From a virus (lineage: Duplodnaviria; Heunggongvirae; Uroviricota; Caudoviricetes), in IMG/VR virus record IMGVR_UViG_2690316002_000018: a DNA stretch of 24,368 bases, one strand, 5' to 3'. Of this stretch, positions 8,532-17,792 are shown piece after piece. The first letter of the stretch is position 1. Each line of letters starts with the position of its first letter. Below the pieces are notes generated by a model, which was given only the letters and a program-made list of their open reading frames with translations, was not told the origin of the DNA and searched no databases. A program made the position numbers and the translations under genes.

Positions 8532-8818
8532 GGCTTAATCTTCCCCTCCTTCAGCAGTATCGCCTGCGTCCTGATCACGCCTTCGAGGTGGTAAAGTCTG
8601 GCGTCTTTGTTGTCGAGATTATGGGTGCGTCGGTCGATTTCATCGTGACACGCGCTACAAGCCCATGCGCCGATCAGGTCGTCAGGCTTCATTCCCGTTC
8701 CGCAAATTCCAGCCATCCGGTAATGTGCCAGAACTGTAGTTTCAGGATTGCCATTGCATACGCCGTAAATACGCACCTGACATTCTCTTCCGCGCGCTTC
8801 TTTGCGTAGATTAGCCAT
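8528..8818 (-). CDS. YbcO-like Cys-rich nin-region protein
   Basis: ORF 8528..8938; likely start ATG 8816-8818 with AGGAG RBS, giving MANLRKEARGRECQVRIYGVCNGNPETT...CSACHDEIDRR. Confidence 0.65.
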   Translation of the reverse strand: MANLRKEARGRECQVRIYGVCNGNPETTVLAHYRMAGICGTGMKPDDLIGAWACSACHDEIDRRTHNLDNKDARLYHLEGVIRTQAILLKEGKIKP

Positions 8819-9116
8819 TTGCCAGCTCCTTCTGTTGCTCATCTTCGTGAGAGAAGTCTTCTCCGTCGATTGGCATGAGTTCATCACTGTAAAAATAAGA
8901 GAAACCACCTGAAGGCTCGTTTGTATAAATCGATACATCGCCTTTAACTAGCCACCCAGGGGTGTCATCACGCCAACTATGCTTACCTGCACCAGGAAAA
9001 TTAAATACATATCCGTTTGTTACTTTTTCGATTAACTCAACGCATCTGCCAATTTCGGGTTTGTTTTCTGAAAAAATGACTATTGCGATGCCACCTGCGC
9101 GTAACTCACTCATCAT
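8811..9116 (-). CDS. Hypothetical nin-region protein (101 aa)
   Basis: [21 protein letters not shown]...; GGAGG RBS; stop overlaps the next start. Confidence 0.55.
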   Translation of the reverse strand: MMSELRAGGIAIVIFSENKPEIGRCVELIEKVTNGYVFNFPGAGKHSWRDDTPGWLVKGDVSIYTNEPSGGFSYFYSDELMPIDGEDFSHEDEQQKELANG

Positions 9117-9273
9117 CTTCCTCCAGCATTTGTCCGTTAGGGTCTGCCATTAACTCTGCGCAGCAGTGCTCACACACGTGAACTTCCAGCACATGCAGCT
9201 TCTGACCGCAGTTAGCGCACGTTAAAGCTCGCTCGACGCTTTCTTGTTCGTAACTTCGATTTTGGTCAATCAC
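9106..9273 (-). CDS. ninF: NinF (Cys-rich zinc-ribbon-like), probable GTG start
   Basis: [31 protein letters not shown] matches lambda NinF; GTG at 9271-9273 overlaps the ninE stop (GTGA) with a GAGGAAA RBS; track start 9315 is also GTG. Confidence 0.7.
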   Translation of the reverse strand: MIDQNRSYEQESVERALTCANCGQKLHVLEVHVCEHCCAELMADPNGQMLEEDDE

Positions 9274-9452
9274 CTTGTTTTCCTCGCACAATGTCTTAGC
9301 CACCGGATATCCCACAGGTGAGCCGTGTAATTGAAGGTTTTTACGTCAGATTCTTTTGGGATTGGCTTGCGTTTATTTCTGGAGCGTTTCGTTGGAAGGT
9401 ATTTGCAGTTTTCGCAGATTATGTCGGTGATACTTCGTCGCTGTCGCCTCAT
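9270..9452 (-). CDS. ninE: NinE
   Basis: 60 aa [60 protein letters not shown], near-identical to lambda NinE; AGGAGGG RBS. Confidence 0.85.
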   Translation of the reverse strand: MRRQRRSITDIICENCKYLPTKRSRNKRKPIPKESDVKTFNYTAHLWDIRWLRHCARKTR

Positions 9453-9484
9453 GCCGCCCTCCTGACGCCATGCCCGATTGCCAT

Positions 9485-9805
9485 NNNNNNNNNNNNNNNN
9501 NNNNNNNNNNNNNNNNNNNNNNNNNNNNNNNNNNNNNNNNNNNNNNNNNNNNNNNNNNNNNNNNNNNNNNNNNNNNNNNNNNNNNNNNNNNNNNNNNNNN
9601 NNNNNNNNNNNNNNNNNNNNNNNNNNNNNNNNNNNNNNNNNNNNNNNNNNNNNNNNNNNNNNNNNNNNNNNNNNNNNNNNNNNNNNNNNNNNNNNNNNNN
9701 NNNNNNNNNNNNNNNNNNNNNNNNNNNNNNNNNNNNNNNNNNNNNNNNNNNNNNNNNNNNNNNNNNNNNNNNNNNNNNNNNNNNNNNNNNNNNNNNNNNN
9801 NNNNN
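9485..9805. other. N-run (assembly gap or mask), true length unknown
   Basis: 321 consecutive n characters. Confidence 1.
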
Positions 9806-10036
9806 CCACGGCCTGATATTGCTGTACGGTGGGTTATTCCAGATTGCACCGTGGCTTATCCACTCAGAATTTAGCGCGTCGTCAGCCTCAGTTAGCCAGT
9901 GAGCGCACAGAGCGTTTTTGTCGCTCGCTGCCGAATCCAGCCAGAATCCAAACTCAATATCCAGTGCATCAAAAAGCCAGAGCGGCGTTTGCCAGCAGTC
10001 CTTGTCGTGTGATGGCGTATTTGATTTGATAGTCAT
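9806..10036 (-). CDS. Phage DNA N-6-adenine methyltransferase, N-terminal part; 3' end lost in the N-run
   Basis: ATG at 10034-10036 overlapping the ninB stop; MTIKSNTPSHDKDCWQTPLWLFDALDIEFGFWLDSAAS...NPPYSNIRPW contains the NPPY catalytic motif. Confidence 0.7.
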
Positions 10037-10473
10037 GCAGCCCGATCTCCCCATCGCGCTTTCCATTCGAGAGCCAGTCGCGCTTCGTCTGACCACTTAA
10101 CGCCACGCTCTGTACCGAATGCCTGTATAAGCTCTAATAGCTCCGCAAATTCGCTTACACGCATCCTGCTGGTTGACTGGCCTATTACCACAAAGCCATT
10201 CCCGGCAAGGTTAGGAACAACGTCCTGCTGCTTTAATGCTGCTGTAAAAACGCACTTCCAGCTTTCTGCATCCAGCCAGCGATCATGCCATTCAACCTGA
10301 CGAGAGACGTCACCAAGGCAAGCCCAAAGCTTTCGATTCTGGTCTAAGCTGCGGTTGCGTTCCTGAATGGTTACTACGATTGGTTTGGTTGGGTCTGGAA
10401 GAATTTGCTGTACCGCGTGAATAGCGTTTTGCTGATGTGCTGGAGATCGAATTTCAAAGGTTAGTTTTTTCAT
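10033..10473 (-). CDS. ninB: NinB (Orf recombination mediator)
   Basis: MKKLTFEIRSPAHQQNAIHAVQQILPDPTKP..., near-identical to lambda NinB; track start 10491 is an upstream extension. Confidence 0.9.
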   Translation of the reverse strand: MKKLTFEIRSPAHQQNAIHAVQQILPDPTKPIVVTIQERNRSLDQNRKLWACLGDVSRQVEWHDRWLDAESWKCVFTAALKQQDVVPNLAGNGFVVIGQSTSRMRVSEFAELLELIQAFGTERGVKWSDEARLALEWKARWGDRAA

Positions 10474-10546
10474 GACTTCCCTCTCCCCCAAATAAAAAGG
10501 CCTGCGATTACCAGCAGGCCTGTTATTAGCTCAGTGATGTAGATGG

Positions 10547-10837
10547 TCATCTTTTAACTCCATATACCGCCAATACCCGTTTCATCGCGGCACTCTGGCG
10601 ACACTCCTTAAAAATCAGGTTCGTGCTCACCTTTCCTTCCCGTTCTTCTCTGGTAGCGAACCGGTAATACACCGTTCGCCAGACCTTACCTTCGATAACC
10701 AGAAGACCTGCCCGTGCCATTTTAGCCGCGGCCTGATTTATGCTGGTTACTGTTGCGCCTGTTAGCGCGGAAACGTCCTGTGCACAGAAGCTCTTATGCG
10801 TTCCGAGGTAATGAATAATTGCCTCTTTGCCCGTCAT
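10547..10837 (-). CDS. ren: Ren
   Basis: 96 aa MTGKEAIIHYLGTH..., matches lambda Ren. Confidence 0.9.
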   Translation of the reverse strand: MTGKEAIIHYLGTHKSFCAQDVSALTGATVTSINQAAAKMARAGLLVIEGKVWRTVYYRFATREEREGKVSTNLIFKECRQSAAMKRVLAVYGVKR

Positions 10838-11535
10838 ACACTTGCTCCTTTCAGTCCGAACTTAGCTTTAATTTCTGCGATCTTCGCCAGAGCCTGTGCT
10901 CGATTTAGAGGTCTGCCGCCCATGACAGGAAGTTGTTTTACTGGTTCAGGTATAGTCTCACCACAGTTAATTCGCGCTGTCATACAGGTCAGCTCATCGG
11001 CAGCCTTACGCCGTAATTCCGCGTCAGTCAGCGCATTGGCCCGCATGTTCTGGTACAGGTTGGTAACCAGCCAGTAGTGCGCGTTTGATTTCCACGGATA
11101 AGACTCTGCATCTGGATACAGGCCACGCTTCCGGCAATACTCGTAAACCATATCAACCAGCTCGCTGGCGTTTGGCAGTCCGGCAATAACAGATGCTTCT
11201 TCACGACACCAGGCAACAAACTGCCCGGGTGATGGCAGGAATGGTCGATTCTGCCGACGGGCTACGCGCATTCCTGCGTTAACCTGTTCCATCGTGGTGA
11301 TCCCGTTTTCCCGGAAAGCCAGAACCCACTGGCGGCGGATTTCGTTCAGTTCGTTCTGGTCACGGTTAGCCAGGCTCGCCGGGAAAGTTGCCAGTAACTG
11401 GCTGAACACACCGTTGATGATCTGCGCTACCTGCTGTACCTGCGGCTTTTCGTCGTACTGTTCCGGCATGTTGTTGGCGATCCGACGCATCTGCTCACGG
11501 TCAAAGTTAACCATCTGTGCGGCGATGTTTTTCAT
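10834..11535 (-). CDS. P: Replication protein P (helicase loader)
   Basis: 233 aa, matches lambda P; ATGA overlaps with O and ren. Confidence 0.95.
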   Translation of the reverse strand: MKNIAAQMVNFDREQMRRIANNMPEQYDEKPQVQQVAQIINGVFSQLLATFPASLANRDQNELNEIRRQWVLAFRENGITTMEQVNAGMRVARRQNRPFLPSPGQFVAWCREEASVIAGLPNASELVDMVYEYCRKRGLYPDAESYPWKSNAHYWLVTNLYQNMRANALTDAELRRKAADELTCMTARINCGETIPEPVKQLPVMGGRPLNRAQALAKIAEIKAKFGLKGASV

Positions 11536-12431
11536 AGATCCACCCCGTAAATCCAGTCTGTGTTTGTCAAGTCGAGTTTTGGTTTGCTGGCTGTCACTAC
11601 TGCCTGTTGCTTGTTACGGTTGATTTCGAGCTGGGTCCACTTGTCGCGGAGTTTGGCCGGGCTCAGCACGTTACCGGACCAGAAGTTGTCCAGGCATGCC
11701 CAGCGGAACAGCACGCACATGTCGCGGTGGTTACGTCCGTCACGTTCACGCATCAGGCGGATATCGTTAGCCCACCCTGCAAAATTCGGTTTTCTGGCTG
11801 ATGGCGCGATAGTCTTCACCATGTCAAACATCCACTCTGCGGCGGTCAGGTCTTCTGCTGTCCCCCACCTGCTGCCGCTCTGAATTGCAGCATCCGGTTT
11901 AACCACAGAAAGATCGTTTTCTGGCTGGTCAGAGGATTCGCCAGAATTCTCGGACGAATAATCTTTTCTTTTTTCTTTTGTAATAGTGTCTTTTGTGTCC
12001 CCCTGTTTTGAGGGATAGCAATCCCCCAATTTGAGGGATGTTTTATCCCTCGTTTTAGGGGAACCTCCCTCGTTTTGAGGGATGCACCATTCTGAGATGT
12101 TTTTATTTGGTCCAAACATGCCGCCTTGCTGCTTGATAATATTCATTCTGACGAGCTCTAACTTGGCTTCATTGCATCGTTTGACAGGTAACTTTGTAAT
12201 CTCACTAAGTTGAGAATCGGTGATTCTGTCCATTGGTTTATTCCACCCATAGGTTTTACGCAGAATGGCAAGCAGCACTTTAAACTGTCGCTTGGTCAGA
12301 TCTGCGCCTGAATAAGCCTCAAGCAGCATATTTGATAGTCTGGCGTAACCATCATCGAGATCTGCCACATTACGCTCCTGTCCGGCAAAGTTACCTCTGC
12401 CGAAGTTGAGTATTTTTGCTGTATTTGTCAT
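11532..12431 (-). CDS. O: Replication initiator O
   Basis: 299 aa, matches lambda O; AGGAG RBS; contains the ori iterons. Confidence 0.95.
   Translation of the reverse strand: MTNTAKILNFGRGNFAGQERNVADLDDGYARLSNMLLEAYSGADLTKRQFKVLLAILRKTYGWNKPMDRITDSQLSEITKLPVKRCNEAKLELVRMNIIKQQGGMFGPNKNISEWCIPQNEGGSPKTRDKTSLKLGDCYPSKQGDTKDTITKEKRKDYSSENSGESSDQPENDLSVVKPDAAIQSGSRWGTAEDLTAAEWMFDMVKTIAPSARKPNFAGWANDIRLMRERDGRNHRDMCVLFRWACLDNFWSGNVLSPAKLRDKWTQLEINRNKQQAVVTASKPKLDLTNTDWIYGVDL
11950..12090. repeat. ori: ori-lambda: four iterons plus adjacent AT-rich region inside O
   Basis: Iterons ccccctgttttgagggat (11999-12016), atcccccaatttgagggatg (12021-12040), atccctcgttttagggga (12045-12062), cctccctcgttttgagggatg (12064-12084), with an AT-rich tract to the left. 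Confidence 0.85.
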
Positions 12432-12440
12432 AATGACTCC

Positions 12441-12517
12441 TGTTGATAGATCCAGTAATGACCTCAGAACTCCATCTGGATTTGTTCAGAACGCTCGGTT
12501 GCCGCCGGGCGTTTTTT
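12441..12517 (+). ncRNA. oop: OOP antisense RNA (pO promoter to the to terminator, antisense to the cII 3' end)
   Basis: Plus-strand -35 TTGAGT (12406-12411) and -10 CATAAT (12429-12434); terminator CGCTCGG-TTGCCG-CCGGGCG plus TTTTTT ending at 12517; same arrangement as lambda oop. Confidence 0.65.
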
Positions 12518-12757
12518 ATTGGTGAGAATCGCAGCAACTTGTCGCGCCAATCGAGCCATGTCGTCGTCAACGACCCCCCATTCAAGAACAGCAAGCAGCA
12601 TTGAGAACTTTGGAATCCAGTCTCTCTTCCACCTGCTGATCTGCGACTTATCAACTCCCACAGCTTCCGCTGTCTTCTCAGTTCCAAGCATTGCGATTTT
12701 GTTAAGCAACGCACTCTCGATTCGTAGAGCCTCGTTGCGTTTGTTTGCACGAACCAT
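12464..12757 (-). CDS. cII: Transcriptional activator CII
   Basis: MVRANKRNEALRIESALLNKIAMLGTEKTAEAVGV..., matches lambda CII; track ORF starts further upstream at 12817. Confidence 0.95.
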   Translation of the reverse strand: MVRANKRNEALRIESALLNKIAMLGTEKTAEAVGVDKSQISRWKRDWIPKFSMLLAVLEWGVVDDDMARLARQVAAILTNKKRPAATERSEQIQMEF

Positions 12758-12770
12758 ATGTAAGTATTTC
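12735..12770 (+). promoter_or_regulatory. pRE: pRE promoter with CII-binding direct repeats
   Basis: TTGC-GTTTGT-TTGC at 12735-12748 on the plus strand overlapping the cII start, then TAAGTAT; directed toward cro antisense and cI. Confidence 0.65.
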
Positions 12771-12836
12771 CTTAGATAACAATTGATTGAATGTATGCAA
12801 ATAAATGCATACACCATAGGTGTGGTTTAATTGGAT

Positions 12837-12868
12837 GCCCTTTTTCAGGGCGGGGATGTGTAAGAGCG
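12837..12868 (-). promoter_or_regulatory. nutR: nutR (boxA and boxB)
   Basis: Minus strand boxB GCCCTGAAAAAGGGC (12837-12851) and boxA CGCTCTTAC (12860-12868) between cro and cII. Confidence 0.8.
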
Positions 12869-12876
12869 GGAATGTC

Positions 12877-14229
<1,353 letters not shown>

Positions 14230-14279
14230 TCCCCACCTCAATCTCAATAACCAAAAAACAAACTATTTTCCGTTTAAAA

Positions 14280-14360
14280 ACAATGGAGTTTGTTTTGCAC
14301 ACCTCTTTTTACAATATTTATTGTTTACAACATACAATCTTTCTTGTAATTTTAAACCAT
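14280..14360 (+). promoter_or_regulatory. OL/pL: OL operators (three 434-type 14-mers) and pL
   Basis: ACAATGGAGTTTGT (14280-14293), ACAATATTTATTGT (14311-14324), ACAATCTTTCTTGT (14334-14347) upstream of nutL and N. Confidence 0.7.
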
Positions 14361-14392
14361 CAGCAGGACGCACTGACCACCATGAAGGTGAT

Positions 14393-14422
14393 GCTCTTAA
14401 AAATTAAGCCCTGAAGAAGGGC
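14393..14422 (+). promoter_or_regulatory. nutL: nutL (boxA and boxB)
   Basis: boxA gctcttaaa (14393-14401) and boxB GCCCTGAAGAAGGGC (14408-14422), identical to the lambda nutL boxB. Confidence 0.85.
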
Positions 14423-14582
14423 AGCATTCAAAGCAGAAGGCTTTGGGGTGTGTGATACGAAACGAAGCATTGGCCGGAAGTGCGATTCCGGATTAGCTGC
14501 CAATGTGCCAATCGCGGGGGGGGGGTTCGTTCAGGACTACAACAGCCACACACCACCAAAGCTAACTGACAGGAGAATCCAG

Positions 14583-14906
14583 ATGGATGCACAAACACGC
14601 CGCCGCGAACGTCGCGCAGAGAAACAGGCTCAATGGAAAGCAGCAAATCCCCTGTTGGTTGGGGTAAGCGCAAAACCAGTTAACCGCCCTATTCTCTCGC
14701 TGAATCGCAAACCGAAATCACGAGTAGAAAGCGCACTAAATCCGATAGACCTTACAGTGCTGGCTGAATACCACAAACAGATTGAAAGCAACCTGCAACG
14801 TATTGAGCGCAAGAATCAGCGCACATGGTACAGCAAGCCTGGCGAACGCGGCATAACATGCAGTGGACGCCAGAAAATTAAGGGAAAATCGATTCCTCTT
14901 ACCTAG
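14583..14906 (+). CDS. N: Antiterminator N
   Basis: MDAQTRRRERRAEKQAQWKAANPLLVGVSAKPVNRPILSLNRKPKSR..., matches lambda N; AGGAG RBS; the track ORF from 14448 is an upstream extension through nutL. Confidence 0.95.
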   Translation: MDAQTRRRERRAEKQAQWKAANPLLVGVSAKPVNRPILSLNRKPKSRVESALNPIDLTVLAEYHKQIESNLQRIERKNQRTWYSKPGERGITCSGRQKIKGKSIPLT

Positions 14907-15458
14907 TTACTTAGATATTGGCCTTGGCTTTATCTCAATATTATATGGATCATAGCTGGCAACTAATTCAGTCCAGTAAATATCCTCAATAGGGAATAAT
15001 ATATGCTTCCCGTTCCATCGGGAAAAAGTTTTGTTCAACACACCAAGCTCAATCAACTCACTAATGTATGGGAATTGTTTTGATGTAACCACATACTTCC
15101 TGCCTTCATTAAGGGCTGCGCACAAAACCATAGATTGCTCTTCTGTAAGGTTTTGAATTACTGATCGCACTTTATCGTTTTGCATCTTAATGCGTTTTCT
15201 TAGCTTAAATCGCTTATATCTGGCGCTGGCAATAGCTGATAATCGATGCACATTAATTGCTAGCGAAAATGCAAGAGCAAAGACGAAAACATGCCACACA
15301 TGAGGAATACCGATTCTCTCATTAACATATTCAGGCCAGTTATCTGGGCTTAAAAGCAGAAGTCCAACCCAGATAACGATCATATACATGGTTCTCTCCA
15401 GAGGTTCATTACTGAACACTCGTCCGAGAATAACGAGTGGATCCATTTCTATACTCAT
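14907..15458 (-). CDS. sieB: SieB-like superinfection exclusion membrane protein
   Basis: About 183 aa with hydrophobic helices (MIVIWVGLLLLSP, VFVFALAFSLAINV); convergent with and abutting the N stop; size and position fit lambda sieB (orientation recalled from memory). Confidence 0.6.
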   Translation of the reverse strand: MSIEMDPLVILGRVFSNEPLERTMYMIVIWVGLLLLSPDNWPEYVNERIGIPHVWHVFVFALAFSLAINVHRLSAIASARYKRFKLRKRIKMQNDKVRSVIQNLTEEQSMVLCAALNEGRKYVVTSKQFPYISELIELGVLNKTFSRWNGKHILFPIEDIYWTELVASYDPYNIEIKPRPISK

Positions 15459-15585
15459 CAAACTGTAGGGGTTGTAATAGTTTATCCGATTTCTCGCTGT
15501 AGGGGTACACGAGAACCACCGAGCCTGATGTGGTTAAAAGACAGGCACAATCTTTACTACCGCAATCCACTATTTAAGGTGATAT

Positions 15586-15672
15586 ATGGAAGAAGAATTT
15601 GAAGAGTTCGAAGAGCATCCTCAGGATGTGATGGAACAATACCAGGACTATCCGTATGACTACGACTATTGA
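15586..15672 (+). CDS. Acidic 28-aa peptide ORF upstream of and overlapping ral
   Basis: AGGTGA RBS then ATG; MEEEFEEFEEHPQDVMEQYQDYPYDYDY; below the ORF-track size cutoff. Confidence 0.35.
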   Translation: MEEEFEEFEEHPQDVMEQYQDYPYDYDY

Positions 15673-15835
15673 TAAAAATCAATGGTGTGGACAATTCAAG
15701 CGATGCAATGGATGCAAGCTGCAATCGGAATGCATGGTTAAGCCTGAAGAAATGTTTCCTGTAATGGAAGATGGGAAATATGTCGATAAATGGGCAATAC
15801 GAACGACGGCAATGATTGCCAGAGAACTTGGTTAA
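15656..15835 (+). CDS. ral: Ral (restriction alleviation)
   Basis: Manual translation MTTTIDKNQWCGQFKRCNGCKLQSECMVKPEEMFPVMEDGKYVDKWAIRTTAMIARELG (59 aa), matching lambda Ral; absent from the track because it is under 60 aa. Confidence 0.75.
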   Translation: MTTTIDKNQWCGQFKRCNGCKLQSECMVKPEEMFPVMEDGKYVDKWAIRTTAMIARELG

Positions 15836-15992
15836 CAGAACAACAAAGCTGCCTGATAGTGGCCTTTATTTTTGGCATAAATAACAGAATAAACACTGCA
15901 CCGTGTATTCATTCCAACGAGTGAATACACGGAGCAATGTCGCTCGTAACTAAACAGGAGCCGATTTGTTCTGATTATTGGAAATCTTCTTT

Positions 15993-16018
15993 GCCCTCCA
16001 GTGTGAGGGCGATTTTTT
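15993..16018 (+). terminator. Rho-independent terminator in the pL operon (tL2-like)
   Basis: GCCCTC-CAGTGT-GAGGGC followed by GATTTTTT. Confidence 0.6.
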
Positions 16019-16038
16019 ATCTATGAGGATATGAATAG

Positions 16039-16407
16039 ATGTCAAACATCAAAAAATACATCATTGATTACGACTGGAAAGCATCAATAGAAATTGAAAT
16101 CGACCATGACGTAATGACAGAGGAAAAACTTCACCAGATTAATAATTTCTGGTCAGACTCTGAATACCGACTCAATAAACACGGCTCTGTATTAAATGCT
16201 GTATTAATCATGCTGGCGCAACATGCTCTGCTTATAGCAATTTCAAGCGACTTAAATGCATATGGTGTTGTGTGTGAGTTCGACTGGAATGATGGAAATG
16301 GTCAGGAAGGATGGCCTCCAATGGATGGTAGCGAAGGAATAAGAATTACCGATATCGATACATCAGGAATATTTGATTCAGATGATATGACTATCAAAGC
16401 CGCCTGA
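16039..16407 (+). CDS. ea10: Ea10
   Basis: 122 aa MSNIKKYIIDYDWKASIEIEID..., same length and position as lambda ea10; GAGGA RBS. Confidence 0.85.
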   Translation: MSNIKKYIIDYDWKASIEIEIDHDVMTEEKLHQINNFWSDSEYRLNKHGSVLNAVLIMLAQHALLIAISSDLNAYGVVCEFDWNDGNGQEGWPPMDGSEGIRITDIDTSGIFDSDDMTIKAA

Positions 16408-16441
16408 GAGCGTTTTTAAAGAATACAACGAAGGAGGATAT

Positions 16442-17410
16442 ATGAGTGAAGTAACAGATTTAGTTGTTATTGAAAAAGCAAATGCAATGACTGTATTTCA
16501 GTCTGCCGACCAGATTGAAGAAATCCTTCAAAAGGTTGAACGTGAAGTTATGTCCTTTGTGCCTGATATCACAACGGCAAAGGGCAGAAAGGAGATCGCT
16601 TCTCTGGCGTATAAAGTTGCGCAGACGAAAACATATCTCGATGGTCTTGGCAAAGACCTTGTTGCTGAACTGAAGGAAATTCCAAAGCTAATTGATGCCA
16701 ACCGCAAGACAGTGCGTGATCGCCTTGATGAGCTGAAAGCCAAGGCGCGCCAGCCTCTTACTGATTATGAGGAAGAACAGGCGCGGATTAAAGCCGAAGA
16801 AGAAGCTAAGGCAGCAGCTGAAGCTCTCGCAAAGCAAATTGAGTCTGACCATGAAATAGCGATTTTGATGGATCGCGAATTTGACCGCAAAAGAGAAGAG
16901 GCAAGACTCAAAGCGGAGCAGGAAAAGCGAGAGCATGAAGAACGCTTAAAAAGAGAAGCTGAAGAGAAAGCCAGAGCAGAAGCCGAAGCAAAGGCAAAAG
17001 CCGAAATTGAAGCAGCAGCAAGGCGAGAAGCAGAAGCTAAGGCCGCAGCGGAACGTGCAGAGCGTGAACGCATTGAAGCCGAGCAACGAGCACAGCGCGA
17101 AGCAAAAGAGGCAGCAGAACGAGCTGAAAGAGAAAAGCAGGCGGCAATTGAAGCAGAACGCCGAAAAGCACAGGAGGAGGCTGAACGAATCCGGCGCGAG
17201 GCTGAAGCAAAAGAGCAAGCCAGAATAGCAGAAGAAAAAAGAATCAAGGAAGAAGAAGAGCGTAGAGCAAAGGATAAAGCTCACCGGAAAGAAGTAAATA
17301 ACAAAATACTTGCTGACCTTATCAAGGTTGGTGCATCAGAAGATGTTGCTAAAAATATCATAACAGCCATCGTAAAAGGCGAAGTATTCGCAACAAAAAT
17401 AACCTACTAA
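16442..17410 (+). CDS. Coiled-coil E/A/K/R-rich protein (322 aa), function unknown, inserted between ea10 and cIII
   Basis: AGGAGG RBS; structured N-terminal part, long charged repeat region (AEAKAKAEIEAAARREAEAKAAAERAERE...) and hydrophobic C-terminal tail; lambda has no gene here as far as I recall. Confidence 0.7.
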   Translation: MSEVTDLVVIEKANAMTVFQSADQIEEILQKVEREVMSFVPDITTAKGRKEIASLAYKVAQTKTYLDGLGKDLVAELKEIPKLIDANRKTVRDRLDELKAKARQPLTDYEEEQARIKAEEEAKAAAEALAKQIESDHEIAILMDREFDRKREEARLKAEQEKREHEERLKREAEEKARAEAEAKAKAEIEAAARREAEAKAAAERAERERIEAEQRAQREAKEAAERAEREKQAAIEAERRKAQEEAERIRREAEAKEQARIAEEKRIKEEEERRAKDKAHRKEVNNKILADLIKVGASEDVAKNIITAIVKGEVFATKITY

Positions 17411-17434
17411 TAAAACCAACATAAGGAACCACCC

Positions 17435-17605
17435 ATGATTTACGCAATCGCGGGAGGCGCTCGCATGGGTGCCTTCCAACTAAATGAATCTTTACTTGAA
17501 CGAATTACCCGTAAATTACGTGACGGATGGAAACGCCTTATCGACATACTTAATCAGCCAGGAGTCCCGAAAAATGGATCAAACAATTATGGCTATCCAG
17601 ACTAA
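17435..17605 (+). CDS. cIII: CIII (protease inhibitor)
   Basis: Manual translation [56 protein letters not shown], matching lambda CIII from [30 protein letters not shown] onward; AAGGA RBS. Confidence 0.8.
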   Translation: MIYAIAGGARMGAFQLNESLLERITRKLRDGWKRLIDILNQPGVPKNGSNNYGYPD

Positions 17606-17738
17606 ATTCACTATCGCCACTTTTATTGGCGATGAAAAGATGTTTCGTGAGGCCGTCGACGCTTATAAAAAATGGATATTAATACAGAAACTGAGATCAA
17701 GCAAAAGCATTCACTACCCCCCTTTCCTGTTTTCCTAA
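17574..17738 (+). CDS. kil: Kil, 7 residues longer at the C-terminus than lambda Kil
   Basis: [55 protein letters not shown] followed by YPPFLFS; the first 47 aa correspond to lambda Kil. Confidence 0.75.
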   Translation: MDQTIMAIQTKFTIATFIGDEKMFREAVDAYKKWILIQKLRSSKSIHYPPFLFS

Positions 17739-17792
17739 TCAGCCTGGCATTTCGCGGGCGATATTTTCACAGCCATTTTCAGGAGTTCAGCC

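Noticed and set aside
9318-9902. Plus- and minus-strand ORFs spanning the second N-run (9318..9902, 9373..9849, 9470..9874, 9478..9816, long form of 9270..9809)
   Set aside because: Artefacts of the N-run; the real genes here are ninE (9270..9452) and the truncated methyltransferase (9806..10036)
14448-14582. Upstream extension of the N ORF
   Set aside because: It runs through nutL boxA/boxB and the pL leader; the lambda-type N start with AGGAG RBS is at 14583
16528-17284. Antisense ORFs (16528..16743, 16688..16936, 16765..17247, 16946..17284) and plus-frame 17007..17228 inside the coiled-coil gene
   Set aside because: Low-complexity translations (poly-Ser/Ala/Phe/Cys) produced by the repetitive GAA/GCA-rich coding strand; no start signals
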